NCBI GenBank assembly: GCA_964019425.1
Contig: OZ025782.1
Location: forward strand, 1,364,001 to 1,428,000
Source: Flectonema sp. DT1601
Lineage: Eukaryota
Length of the DNA stretch: 64,000 nt
Reading direction: 5' to 3'
Shown in pieces: positions 54,847-64,000 of this stretch. The position numbers and the translations under genes are program-made. Positions within the stretch are counted from its first letter, which is position 1, and each line of letters starts with the position of its first letter. The notes beneath the pieces were generated by a model. It worked only from the letters and a program-made list of their open reading frames with translations, made no database searches and was not told where the DNA came from.

Positions 54847-56296
54847 TCTAGTATATCGATGTGAAAAACTGCTCTCAGCGGCAATGTTTAACAGTTTTGG
54901 TTTTTCTCCTTAACTTTCAGGATCAGAGGTTTTCCTTTCCTAAGATTTTTTTTTTTTTTTTTTACGGTTTTTTTTTTTTTTAGATCGTATTTACTGAGGA
55001 GGGGGGAAAATTTTGATACGATACGAAAAGATTTATCTGGGAAGAATACTGCAGGTCTTTGCACAAAAAAATAAAAGTACTGTCACCATGAAACAGGAGG
55101 CGTTAAACATTGCCTGGTTTCTTTGGCGGAGGCCGATCGTATTTACTGAGGAGGGAGGAGGGGGGGGGAAATAGCATTAAAAAAAAAAAATCAACTCTCA
55201 CTCAACTGACAGACTGTTTCGTTCGACAACAGTGTTTGAGGATATTTCTTATCAGCTCTACATTCTTAGGGCGAGAAACTGTAATAAATTAATGTTCTAT
55301 CTCCAAGTGTTCCAATGTTGTAATATCTGTAAGTAAATTATAGATAACAATTATTTTTATTAGATTTCAATACAAACTTTGGAACTTTGGGCACAAACAC
55401 CCAAAACGATGGAAACGTACGATTTCAGGAAAACAAAAAAAAAGGGAATAGATGAATCAACGATCTTCTTTACGAATGAAAGGAAAGAGCATTTTGCCCA
55501 CGAAATCTTATAGCTGCGTATTTCCGGGATAAAAGAGGGGGAAAAAGATGGGGGAAAACGAACACAACTTCTTCGATAGATAATAATAATGCATGTCCAC
55601 AATACCAACACAAGGGAGTTCATCAACCATAAAGCATCATCTGGGGACGTTATGACGTAGCCTGTCAGAATTTTGCCGACACCGACAGTTGGCTTAGATG
55701 ACACAACGATGATCTTCAGGTTGAGCGTACCTTCACTCGGATACTGTGATCATCTTCTAATCGATATGAAATTATAACCACAAGGACGTCAAAAAGTAAA
55801 TGAAGGGGAGACTTGGATATATGAGGGGGGGGTTAACTGTTTGATTTTGTACGTAAAATACAAATGTATTGTATCATAAACAACATAACGATAATTTAAC
55901 ATTAGTTCTGAGATACAGTGACTAAAGGTAATGTTAGTGTAGGTATACACTCTGCGATTATAATAAATGTTTCTAACTTAGCTGCAGACACATCTCTTTT
56001 TCCGTGTTGTCCTTCAGTGCAGTACGGAATCGAGTTATTCAATTTTGAATTAATCGTGAGCCCTGGAAAACCAAAACCAGGGTATAATGAAAGAAGGGGT
56101 GGATTCACAAATGGTCAAATCACTAATTCAGCGATTTACGACCGGTTTTTAACAACTCAGCGCAGCTGTCCATAATGGAAAATCATTCACAGAACGTTGC
56201 ATTGAACAGAGAGAGGCACAAAGGGGACCTGGGATGGGGGTAGGACGCTGGGGGGAGGAGGGTTGACATATTTTTGTTGTTCTCGTTTTTCGATTC

Positions 56297-56328
<32 letters not shown>

Positions 56329-56442
56329 TAGTTGTTTCGATATTTTGTTGATTTCTTTTTAAGGAATCAACTCACTTCGTAGACTCTTGGGAGTTAAATA
56401 AGAGCTTGTATTCATTTCTTTTTCTGTCGTCTTTTTATGACA
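54847..56442. other. Intergenic spacer 2 (1596 bp), with a 287-bp segment absent from spacer 1
   Basis: Matches spacer 1 except for 55805..56266, the substitution at 55081 and one extra T in the poly-T run. Confidence 0.9.
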
Positions 56443-59400
56443 TCACTTATCGGAATTACGATCCGCGTTAACGTTTCCGTCATCGTCACGGAGCATGGTC
56501 TTGTTTCCATCCTCCATGTCGAAGTCGTCGAACTTCCTGTTCTTGTTCTGCTGATCGAGGGCGGCATTCTCGTTTCTTGACTTAATTAGTGAATACACCA
56601 TAAAGGCGATGAGGGCAATAATTAAGATCCACAACACTAAGATAAGTGCAGCTGGAAGGCAGGCCTCACCAAGTTTTAATCCTTCACAACAAGCTTCTCC
56701 GGCATTCGTTTGTGGAGCACCACGGGCTCCCGCATCGTCGTTGAACTCCTCGAGAACTTCTAGCTGACTGATTCTGCTTCCGGACCTATCATGAGTCTCT
56801 ACAGGTGCCCATTTCCCTCCATCAAGCGCGTAGCAGAGGGTGTACTCTCCTGAAATCTTAGCCGTCACATTCATCAACAGCTCCATGCCGACTTCCGGTT
56901 CGAGCATAGGGTTCTTAGCCGCCGCGGCCTGGCAGGTGTCGTGAATAGTAATTTGACTTCCGTCCTCCATACAGTTGGCAACTGAGGCAGAGCAGTCTAA
57001 TCCCTTCATTAAAGCGAGTTGCCCCGGCTTCTCTTGAGGGAAGCAACCGTGAACAATGACAGTGAACGGCTCATCCTTCACCGGTTTATTAGGGTACGCC
57101 GTGTACCAGTAAGCTCCACCCGGTGCACACATGCGGAGGCTGCAGTCCACACCTCCCCAACCAGCGTCGCAGGCACACATGTTGTTGTTCGTACAGTCTC
57201 CCTTTCCACTGCAGGTCGCTTCGCGGTCGCACACTACACAGTTTCCGGCAACCTCTACGAAGTCACACTTATCGCAGTTCTTTCCAGACATTCCTGGAGG
57301 ACACTGCTTGCACGCCGCAGGATCGACGCACGAGGTTTCGTTCCACACGCAACCTTCGGCCTCACACACTGTCACGTTATACGACGGGCAACCTCCCACA
57401 ACACACTCACTTCCTGTCCATTCACATTTGCCATTTGAACGCACAGTGCAGGTTTCCTCAGTACTCCACTCAGAACAAGGGAGACTGGTGACACACTTGT
57501 TGACATCCCAGGTGCACCAGTTCATCTGGTCACAAGCCGGTTTGCCAGCGGCGTCTTCGCACCCGTCATTCTTTTTGCACGTCGCTTCTTCCCACTTGCA
57601 TCCCTGGGCATCATCGCAAGCCATGTTGGAAAGTATCGCGCACCTCGTTCCGCAGAGTGGCTGTGTGACTCCTGCCGGTAGGGCAGCACCTTCGAACCAC
57701 TCGCAGTTGTCGTTGTCGGAACAAGTGTTAATCTGTGAGTACTTGAAGCAGCCATCCCCATCCTTACACACTACATTGGTGGCATCCCACTCGCATCGTA
57801 GCGCAGGTGCACGGAGCCTCTGACAGGTTGTGGCGTCCTTATAGATCGGGCAACCAGTTCTGTCCTTGCATGTTGTACTAGCTGCGTCCCACTCACACGC
57901 CAAGTCGTTGATGCATTTCGGTTCCTTTTCGTAAATTGCGCATCCCTTCGGGTCTTCGCAGCGTGGTGTGGTTCCGTTGGTACCGTCTACCCAATCACAG
58001 CGTGCAGCCTCACATTTCGTGCTCTCCACCCAGATTCCGCAGTCCTTATCGATGCATACCCCGCTTGGTGCCCACGTGCAGTCCTGTAGCTCACACTCAC
58101 CCTGTTCTGGATACAAACCGCATCCTTCCACGTCGTCGCAAGTAGAGGTAGCTGTGTTCCATACGCACTCCGCAAGGTCATCGCATTTTGGCTTCGTTCC
58201 AATCACGCCGCACTTCGAGCGCTCTTCGCACAATGGCTTCGCAGCGTTCCAGGAGCACGTGTGGTCAGTGATGCAAGTTGCTTCATCCTCCAACGCATAG
58301 CAACCGACGTTCGGCTTACACAGTGCTGCCGACAACGCGCTCGTCTCCCAGCGGCAAGACTCGGCGTCCGTCGTCGACTCACATGCCCCCTGGGTAGTGA
58401 ATTTGCACACCTGCTTCTGGCAGCTTTGAGCAGTCGCGTCCCAACCGCATCTCTCTGCAGATGGCGCTGCGACACACTCATTCTCTTGGCAGAAGGTCGG
58501 ACACACGCTTCTCACACACTTGTTGGCTGCCCACTTGCACAAGCTGTCTACCTCGCACCCAGCCGCTGTGTCCCATTCCTTGCAAGATCCCTTGTGCAGT
58601 GACTCTCCATGTTTCGATACGTAGTATCCGAACGCCGTCGCCTCATTGCACAACCCTTCAAACACGTTTGCGAGGTCGGACATTTGGATCGACTGAAAGT
58701 GGGAGTCGACTGGCTCTGTCACCATCGACTTTATTGTGTCAGCTGCCGATGTGATCTCTGTGCTCTGTGTGGCGAACCTCCTCACCTGGATTCCGAATAC
58801 GGTTGCTCTCTGTGACTCGAGCCTTCCTCGGGTCGCTGTCATCATGTTCGAATCAGGAATAGCTCCGTCTGCTATTACTATCACGACCTTCTTTCTGTCC
58901 GCCGGTGAGTCATCAAACATCACACTCGCCATTTCCATCGCCTGAGATGCGTACGAGTCTGCAGAGCTGCTTGCCTTGAACTGATCTTCGTGCCAGTGGA
59001 GGTCATCCGCCAATTCCGCACTCGCTCCGGAGAGTAACCCCTTTGTTCCCTGACTAGTGGTCCTCTTTGCTTCACCACGTGCCATAAATTGCGCAAACCC
59101 AATCCTGAACCCATATGAGCGTGCAGAAGCCGTAGCCACCCCACTCGCTTCTTTGACAGCGAGAGGCAGTGTATTAACCCAATCCAACAGCAGCTCAGTT
59201 ACTGCGAGGAATCCGTGCGGGTGACGTCCGAACGTCTCAGTCATGCTCGTTGATCCATCCAACAGAATTACGATGTCGACAGCCGGGCAATTCGCGTATA
59301 AAGAAGCGATGCATGTATCGTTCCTCCACATGCAACCGGAAGTCTGTCCGCATGCACACGAGCTGCTGAATCTCTTGCACTGGGTAACTCCTTCATCGCA

Positions 59401-62400
59401 AGTGTTTTTGTTGGTGTCCCACACGCACTCGTCTGTTGCATCGCAAGACGTCTTGTCCTTGTTCACTCGGCACACCTTCACTCCGCAGTGTGCCGGTGAG
59501 TGTGCTGTCTTCCACTCACAGTTGTCATCCCCCGCGCAAACTCTCTCGTTGGTATGTGGAACGCATTCCTTCGGCGTGCATGCGTTACCTTCCCACGTGC
59601 AGTCGTACGAGTGCTTGTCGCAGATCGCCTGCGTAGTGTACGGAACGCACGGCTTCTCAACGCAGCTTGAGATTACGTCGTCCCACTGGCAGATGCTCTT
59701 CTGCTCGCACGCTGTCTGGTCAGGGGCGTTACACTTCTTCTCAGTGCACTTGTCTTGATCTGCCGCCTCCTCATCGAACTGGCAGCCGAACGGATCGGCA
59801 AGACAGTTGTCTTCGGTGGTCGCCGTACAAGGTGGCAGTCTGCACACTGAATCATCATCATACCAACGGCACGCTTCATTCGAGTACTGCATCATTTCGC
59901 ACGCTGCCTTTGTAGTCGCCGAACACTCAACAACGCGGCCACACTCACCGAAAGCTGTATCCCAAACACACCCAGCAGCGCTGCACTTAGCCTCTGAACA
60001 CTCGGTGTGGCAAGTAGACCATTCGCACACTAGCGATGTGGCGTTCCAATCACAGGCTGCTTCCCCGTAGCAAGCTCTCTCCGTCGAGAATGCTCCACAA
60101 GGGAGGTGATGTCCCTCCAGTTCTTGGTAATTCAAAATAACCTTTCCGAATTTGCTATTTGGGTTACAGATGTCAACCAACACTTCGCTCGAGAAGTCAT
60201 CGAGTGGGATATTTACGTAGTGGTCTGCCTTTGGCTCGGAAACGATGCTGCTGAGCACCGCCTCTGCCTCAAGATCGATCTGCGAATGCGCGTCGAACCT
60301 CCTCAGCACCACTCCAAACACTTCAACCCCCTGTCCTCCAAGAGCCGCTCTTGCCGATCCCAGCTCCGCAGCATCGTGGATTTTTCCGTCGGTTACGATA
60401 AGGAGCACCTTACGGCGCCCAGCAGGGCTACCCTGGAACAGGTTAGCCGCAAAGTCCAGAGCCTGCGAAATGTATGTCGACTCCATCGCGTAGCTCTGTT
60501 CGTGGTAGTCGAGGTCTGCAGAAAGCTCAGCAACAACACCAGAAAACCTTCCACCAGTTCCAGTTCCCGCAGGTGCCCGGATGGCAGATTTTGGTGCCGA
60601 GAACTGAATAAATCCAACACGGAGACCCCCGGCGTTTGCTGTCGTTGTTCCAGCTTGCTCTAAGCTCAACGGCAGGGTCTTCACCCAGTCACGAAGCTGC
60701 TCTACCATCGCGTAAAATCCGTGTGGGTGGCGACCGAACGTCTGACTCATCGAACCAGAACCGTCGAACACAACGGCGATGTCCATCACTGGGCATCCTC
60801 CAAATGTCCCTTCCAAGCATGCTGAGCGTTTCGCATCCCACGTGCATCGGTCGACCGCCTTGCAGCCACAGCCATCCTTCAAATCCGAGCACTTCAACTC
60901 AACGCATGCATTGCCAGACCACTTGCACTTTTCAGCATCCGCTTCACAAGGCACCTGCGTGTGCTTGGAGCAGTACTTCTGAGAGCAACCAGGTGGGGAA
61001 TTATCAGTGTTCCAGTGACAAGCATCGTCGTGGTCGCATGTCTTTTCGTCAGGATGTGGTGTACACTTCAGTGGCACGCACTTAGATGTCTCCGTTTTCC
61101 ATTCGCAACGCTTCGCGTCCTGTAAGCATTCGGTCTGACTGGTCGCCTGACATGGGATTTCAACACAAGGAGCAAACGCCATCATTCCACGGATGTTTGA
61201 ATCCCAGGTACACGCTGCATCTACATTGCAAGCATCTTGAGATGTGTACGTGCACGGACGGACCACACAAGCATCCCGATCGCTCTGCCATTCGCATCCC
61301 ACAAGGTCTTCAACGCATCCAGATTCGGATTCGTGCTGACATTTTTTCTTCTCGCATTTCGCCTCGTTTGCGTTCCAGTCACAGCCAGGATCAACCGAGC
61401 ACTCTGACACGTCGGTGTATGAGCAGATTGGCTGCTTAAAGCAGCTGTCATCTTTCCAGGCACACAAGTTTGCATGATCTTCAGTGCATGTAGTCTCGTC
61501 ACAATGCGTGACACAACCAGAATCCGCACACGAGAGCAGACGGTCGCTCCATCTGCACGACAAGTCGACGTCACAGGCGTTCTTCTCGAGGTGCATTGGA
61601 CAAGGAATTGACGCAGACGAAGAACCCGTAGCCGACTTGGCAATCAGCGCACCGAACTGTTTATGTGGGTCACACAGAGCCCACAAGATTGAGTCCAGCT
61701 CGTCGATTGTCGCGTCCTCGAAATGCTCGTCCTGCACCGTTGTGGTGATTGACTTTAGCTCTTCTCTTGCGTTCGAGCTCGCCGAATCGAATGCCACTGT
61801 CGGTCTCAGTAAGATACCAAAGGTCTTCACCTGCATACCGAGCAGCGTCCTCAGGTTCTGCACTGTTGCTGTTGTAGCTGCGTCCTTCAGTTCGCTGTCT
61901 GTCAGCACCAATAAAACTCTCTTTCTTGTCACAGTTGCCAACATTCCCTTGGTCAGGTCCAACGCACTCTTAATGTACGCGCGGTCCGTACCTACGATGT
62001 TTTTCTCGTGGAAGTCGAGATCAATCAGCAATTCACTGAGATCTCCCGTTACGTGTCCCTCACTTCCGACCTTGTTCGGTGACTTAATCGCTCCAGCTTC
62101 AGCGGCAAACTGCACTACTCCTACTCTAACCCCCTGGGTAGGACTGTCTCTGAACATCTTTCCTGGCGTTCCCGAAAGCGGAATACTCTTCACCCAGTCA
62201 CGAATCTTCTCAACCATCGCGTAGTATCCATTCGGGTGTCTGCTGAATGCTCCTTGCATCGAAGTCGTGGAGTCAATGGCGATGACAATATCCATCAATG
62301 GACATCCTCCGAACTGGCCGGTCACACACTCGTTCTTCGAACCATCCCAGAAACACCCGAGATCCTTGTTGCACGGACACGGCATCGTAATCTTCGTACA

Positions 62401-64000
62401 GTTCTTATCAATGCATTTGTTCATTGACGAGTCCCAACCGCACTTCAGCTCAGGGTCAGTCGAACAGCTTCCTTGCTCAGTGAACTTGCTACAGTACTTG
62501 ACCTTGCAAATCGATGGAGACTCGTCGACTGACCAGTGACACTTGTCATCGTGATTGCACGTCACTTCATCCGCGTGGGTCGCGCATTCACAGCACCACG
62601 CGTTAGTTTCGCAAGTCTGTGAATTACAGCGGTCTTTCACGCACAACTTCTCCTCTGCCTTCCATGAACAACTCTCGGCAGTCGCCTGGGTGCACGCCGA
62701 TTCATTCGTGTACGTGCAATCCGTTTTAGTGCACACCATATCGTGCGTATCCCACTCACATCCTACTGGATCTGTTGAGCAACTGTCCTCGGACTTGTGG
62801 TTGCACTTCTTCTCTTGGCAACTGGAACCATCCCACTGGCAGCCATTCTCCGTGTCCGCAACGCACGGTGTTTCTGTAGCATGCGTAGGGCAAACTGGCT
62901 GCCTCGAGCAGGACTTTCCATCCCACCCGCAGAAGTCGTCGGTGGCAGCTGTGCAGTTATTCTCATTACATCCAAACGACAAACATGGAGAGTTAACGCA
63001 TCCAAGAAGAGATTCCGACCACACGCACCACGTGTCAGCCAAGCAAACTCCGGCTGATGCATGCACAGCACACGGCTGGTGCTCCGCTCCTTCACGCTTC
63101 GCGATCAGAGCTCCAAACTTCTTTGCAGGATCACAAATGGCATCAAATACTTCAGTTACCAGATCGTCCAACTTCAAGTTCAAGAAGTGATTGTCAGTTG
63201 GTAGGGACACTATCGGCTTTAGCGCGAACTCTGCGTCGATGTCCTCCTGAGTTCTCGTATTGAGGCGACGAATCACTACTCCAAAGGTCTGAACTGACAA
63301 GGCATCCAATGATCCACGTGCGGCCTTCAACCTGTCCGCATCGTTCAGCTTTCCATCTGTGATCAGGATCAAAACGCGCTTCCTCGTCGAAGGCGAGGCC
63401 CTGAAGATTTCCACCGCGTGCTCAAGGGCTCCCTGAACGAAGGTGCGACCGGCCATTTGATTCTTGTTGTGGTAAACAATGTCCTTCTCCAACTCTGACA
63501 AGCTTCCGGACAAAAGTCCGTTCGCTGTTCCAGCAAAACCAGCCGTCGTTCTCGGCGCCCCAGGAGTCGAGAACTGGACGAACCCAACACGCATGCCCGT
63601 TGCCTTAGTATTTTCCTTCGCCGTGTACGAGTCGCCGTTCAGCGGAAGTTTCTTCACCCAGTCCTTTAGGAACGTGGTGAGCGCCTCGTATCCGTGAGGG
63701 TGGCGTCCAAATGCCTGGCTCATCGATCCCGATCCATCGAACACTATTGCTACATCAAGAGGTGGACAAGCTCCAAACAATGAAGTCACACACTCATCCG
63801 AAGCCGAGCTCCAGAAGCATCCGGACTCTTCTTGGCACTCACACTGTTTTCCGTTGAAACGGTCGCACCTCGATTCCATGCAACTGTCCTGCTGGGAGTC
63901 CCACGCACACGCCACATCTCCATCACAGTCGTTCTGCTGTGTCCAGCGTGCGCAGTAGGTTTCTGTGCAGTATGCCGGTGATGAGTCCACGTTCCAGGTG
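56443..64000 (-). CDS. 3' part (about 2,519 codons) of a third copy of the same giant gene (copy C); start lies beyond the window end
   Basis: The ORF-track protein 56443..63990 matches the C-terminus of copy B at an offset of 38,877. Its GTG 'start' at 63990 is an internal Val codon and the frame stays open to the window edge. Confidence 0.93.
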   Translation of the reverse strand, partial: TWNVDSSPAYCTETYCARWTQQNDCDGDVACAWDSQQDSCMESRCDRFNGKQCECQEESGCFWSSASDECVTSLFGACPPLDVAIVFDGSGSMSQAFGRHPHGYEALTTFLKDWVKKLPLNGDSYTAKENTKATGMRVGFVQFSTPGAPRTTAGFAGTANGLLSGSLSELEKDIVYHNKNQMAGRTFVQGALEHAVEIFRASPSTRKRVLILITDGKLNDADRLKAARGSLDALSVQTFGVVIRRLNTRTQEDIDAEFALKPIVSLPTDNHFLNLKLDDLVTEVFDAICDPAKKFGALIAKREGAEHQPCAVHASAGVCLADTWCVWSESLLGCVNSPCLSFGCNENNCTAATDDFCGWDGKSCSRQPVCPTHATETPCVADTENGCQWDGSSCQEKKCNHKSEDSCSTDPVGCEWDTHDMVCTKTDCTYTNESACTQATAESCSWKAEEKLCVKDRCNSQTCETNAWCCECATHADEVTCNHDDKCHWSVDESPSICKVKYCSKFTEQGSCSTDPELKCGWDSSMNKCIDKNCTKITMPCPCNKDLGCFWDGSKNECVTGQFGGCPLMDIVIAIDSTTSMQGAFSRHPNGYYAMVEKIRDWVKSIPLSGTPGKMFRDSPTQGVRVGVVQFAAEAGAIKSPNKVGSEGHVTGDLSELLIDLDFHEKNIVGTDRAYIKSALDLTKGMLATVTRKRVLLVLTDSELKDAATTATVQNLRTLLGMQVKTFGILLRPTVAFDSASSNAREELKSITTTVQDEHFEDATIDELDSILWALCDPHKQFGALIAKSATGSSSASIPCPMHLEKNACDVDLSCRWSDRLLSCADSGCVTHCDETTCTEDHANLCAWKDDSCFKQPICSYTDVSECSVDPGCDWNANEAKCEKKKCQHESESGCVEDLVGCEWQSDRDACVVRPCTYTSQDACNVDAACTWDSNIRGMMAFAPCVEIPCQATSQTECLQDAKRCEWKTETSKCVPLKCTPHPDEKTCDHDDACHWNTDNSPPGCSQKYCSKHTQVPCEADAEKCKWSGNACVELKCSDLKDGCGCKAVDRCTWDAKRSACLEGTFGGCPVMDIAVVFDGSGSMSQTFGRHPHGFYAMVEQLRDWVKTLPLSLEQAGTTTANAGGLRVGFIQFSAPKSAIRAPAGTGTGGRFSGVVAELSADLDYHEQSYAMESTYISQALDFAANLFQGSPAGRRKVLLIVTDGKIHDAAELGSARAALGGQGVEVFGVVLRRFDAHSQIDLEAEAVLSSIVSEPKADHYVNIPLDDFSSEVLVDICNPNSKFGKVILNYQELEGHHLPCGAFSTERACYGEAACDWNATSLVCEWSTCHTECSEAKCSAAGCVWDTAFGECGRVVECSATTKAACEMMQYSNEACRWYDDDSVCRLPPCTATTEDNCLADPFGCQFDEEAADQDKCTEKKCNAPDQTACEQKSICQWDDVISSCVEKPCVPYTTQAICDKHSYDCTWEGNACTPKECVPHTNERVCAGDDNCEWKTAHSPAHCGVKVCRVNKDKTSCDATDECVWDTNKNTCDEGVTQCKRFSSSCACGQTSGCMWRNDTCIASLYANCPAVDIVILLDGSTSMTETFGRHPHGFLAVTELLLDWVNTLPLAVKEASGVATASARSYGFRIGFAQFMARGEAKRTTSQGTKGLLSGASAELADDLHWHEDQFKASSSADSYASQAMEMASVMFDDSPADRKKVVIVIADGAIPDSNMMTATRGRLESQRATVFGIQVRRFATQSTEITSAADTIKSMVTEPVDSHFQSIQMSDLANVFEGLCNEATAFGYYVSKHGESLHKGSCKEWDTAAGCEVDSLCKWAANKCVRSVCPTFCQENECVAAPSAERCGWDATAQSCQKQVCKFTTQGACESTTDAESCRWETSALSAALCKPNVGCYALEDEATCITDHTCSWNAAKPLCEERSKCGVIGTKPKCDDLAECVWNTATSTCDDVEGCGLYPEQGECELQDCTWAPSGVCIDKDCGIWVESTKCEAARCDWVDGTNGTTPRCEDPKGCAIYEKEPKCINDLACEWDAASTTCKDRTGCPIYKDATTCQRLRAPALRCEWDATNVVCKDGDGCFKYSQINTCSDNDNCEWFEGAALPAGVTQPLCGTRCAILSNMACDDAQGCKWEEATCKKNDGCEDAAGKPACDQMNWCTWDVNKCVTSLPCSEWSTEETCTVRSNGKCEWTGSECVVGGCPSYNVTVCEAEGCVWNETSCVDPAACKQCPPGMSGKNCDKCDFVEVAGNCVVCDREATCSGKGDCTNNNMCACDAGWGGVDCSLRMCAPGGAYWYTAYPNKPVKDEPFTVIVHGCFPQEKPGQLALMKGLDCSASVANCMEDGSQITIHDTCQAAAAKNPMLEPEVGMELLMNVTAKISGEYTLCYALDGGKWAPVETHDRSGSRISQLEVLEEFNDDAGARGAPQTNAGEACCEGLKLGEACLPAALILVLWILIIALIAFMVYSLIKSRNENAALDQQNKNRKFDDFDMEDGNKTMLRDDDGNVNADRNSDK

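Noticed and set aside
17566..54846. Assignment to a known gene (VWF, collagen VI, matrilin, SVEP1/polydom, TRAP/CTRP)
   Set aside because: No collagen Gly-X-Y, vWD, CCP or thrombospondin WxxW repeats seen, and no subterminal Trp in the tail. The architecture matches none of these, so no symbol is given.
17566..54846. Ciliate surface antigen, suggested by the CxW repeats
   Set aside because: 12,426 codons read through in the standard code with no in-frame TAA/TAG, and the coding DNA is not AT-rich, unlike Paramecium or Tetrahymena genes. The protein also ends in TM plus tail, not a GPI signal.
17421..54846. Retrocopy origin (intronless ORF followed by an A-tract)
   Set aside because: Copy identity continues past the A-tract and about 1 kb upstream of the ATG, similar A-tracts occur 5' of the gene, and a 37-kb retrocopy is implausible. 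DNA-level tandem duplication explains the data.
55902..56175. Two short ORFs and a small hairpin (CCCTGG-N10-CCAGGG, 56061..56082) in or overlapping the 287-bp extra segment, considered as a mobile element
   Set aside because: No terminal inverted repeats, no transposase similarity and no Helitron-type CTRR end. The flanking AATGAA could be a target-site duplication but fits deletion microhomology equally well.
141..63697. Hundreds of short ORFs on the + strand and in alternative minus frames (up to 388 aa)
   Set aside because: They overlap the giant ORF, have Ser/His/Arg-rich shadow composition with no recognisable domains, and recur only because the DNA is duplicated. Single substitutions between copies create or remove some (e.g. 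5748..6026).
1..64000. CRISPR arrays, rRNA/tRNA genes, prokaryotic operons or transposases
   Set aside because: None seen. The recurring short DNA motifs are codons of conserved protein motifs spaced about 1.5 kb apart.

Overview
The window is a head-to-tail tandem array of one giant, apparently intronless eukaryotic gene on the minus strand. It holds one complete copy (17566..54846, 12,426 aa), the 5' part of a second copy (1..16272) and the 3' part of a third (56443..64000). Two AT-rich spacers of 1293 and 1596 bp separate them, giving repeat periods of 38,574 and 38,877 bp. The predicted product is a type I membrane protein of roughly 1.3 MDa (estimated from length). It has a signal peptide, 19 von Willebrand factor A (vWA) domains separated by Cys-rich CxW repeats, three Ig-like/C-type lectin cassettes with EPN and WND motifs, 14 calcium-binding-EGF-like repeats, a membrane-proximal EGF module, one TM helix and a 46-aa acidic tail. 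The copies are nearly identical: I saw only four substitutions over about 17 kb, in a comparison that was not exhaustive. Almost all copy-specific variation lies in one small spacer patch. I do not recognise the gene. The organisation suggests a protist, possibly a euglenozoan, but that is inference. All other ORFs in the track look like shadow ORFs.
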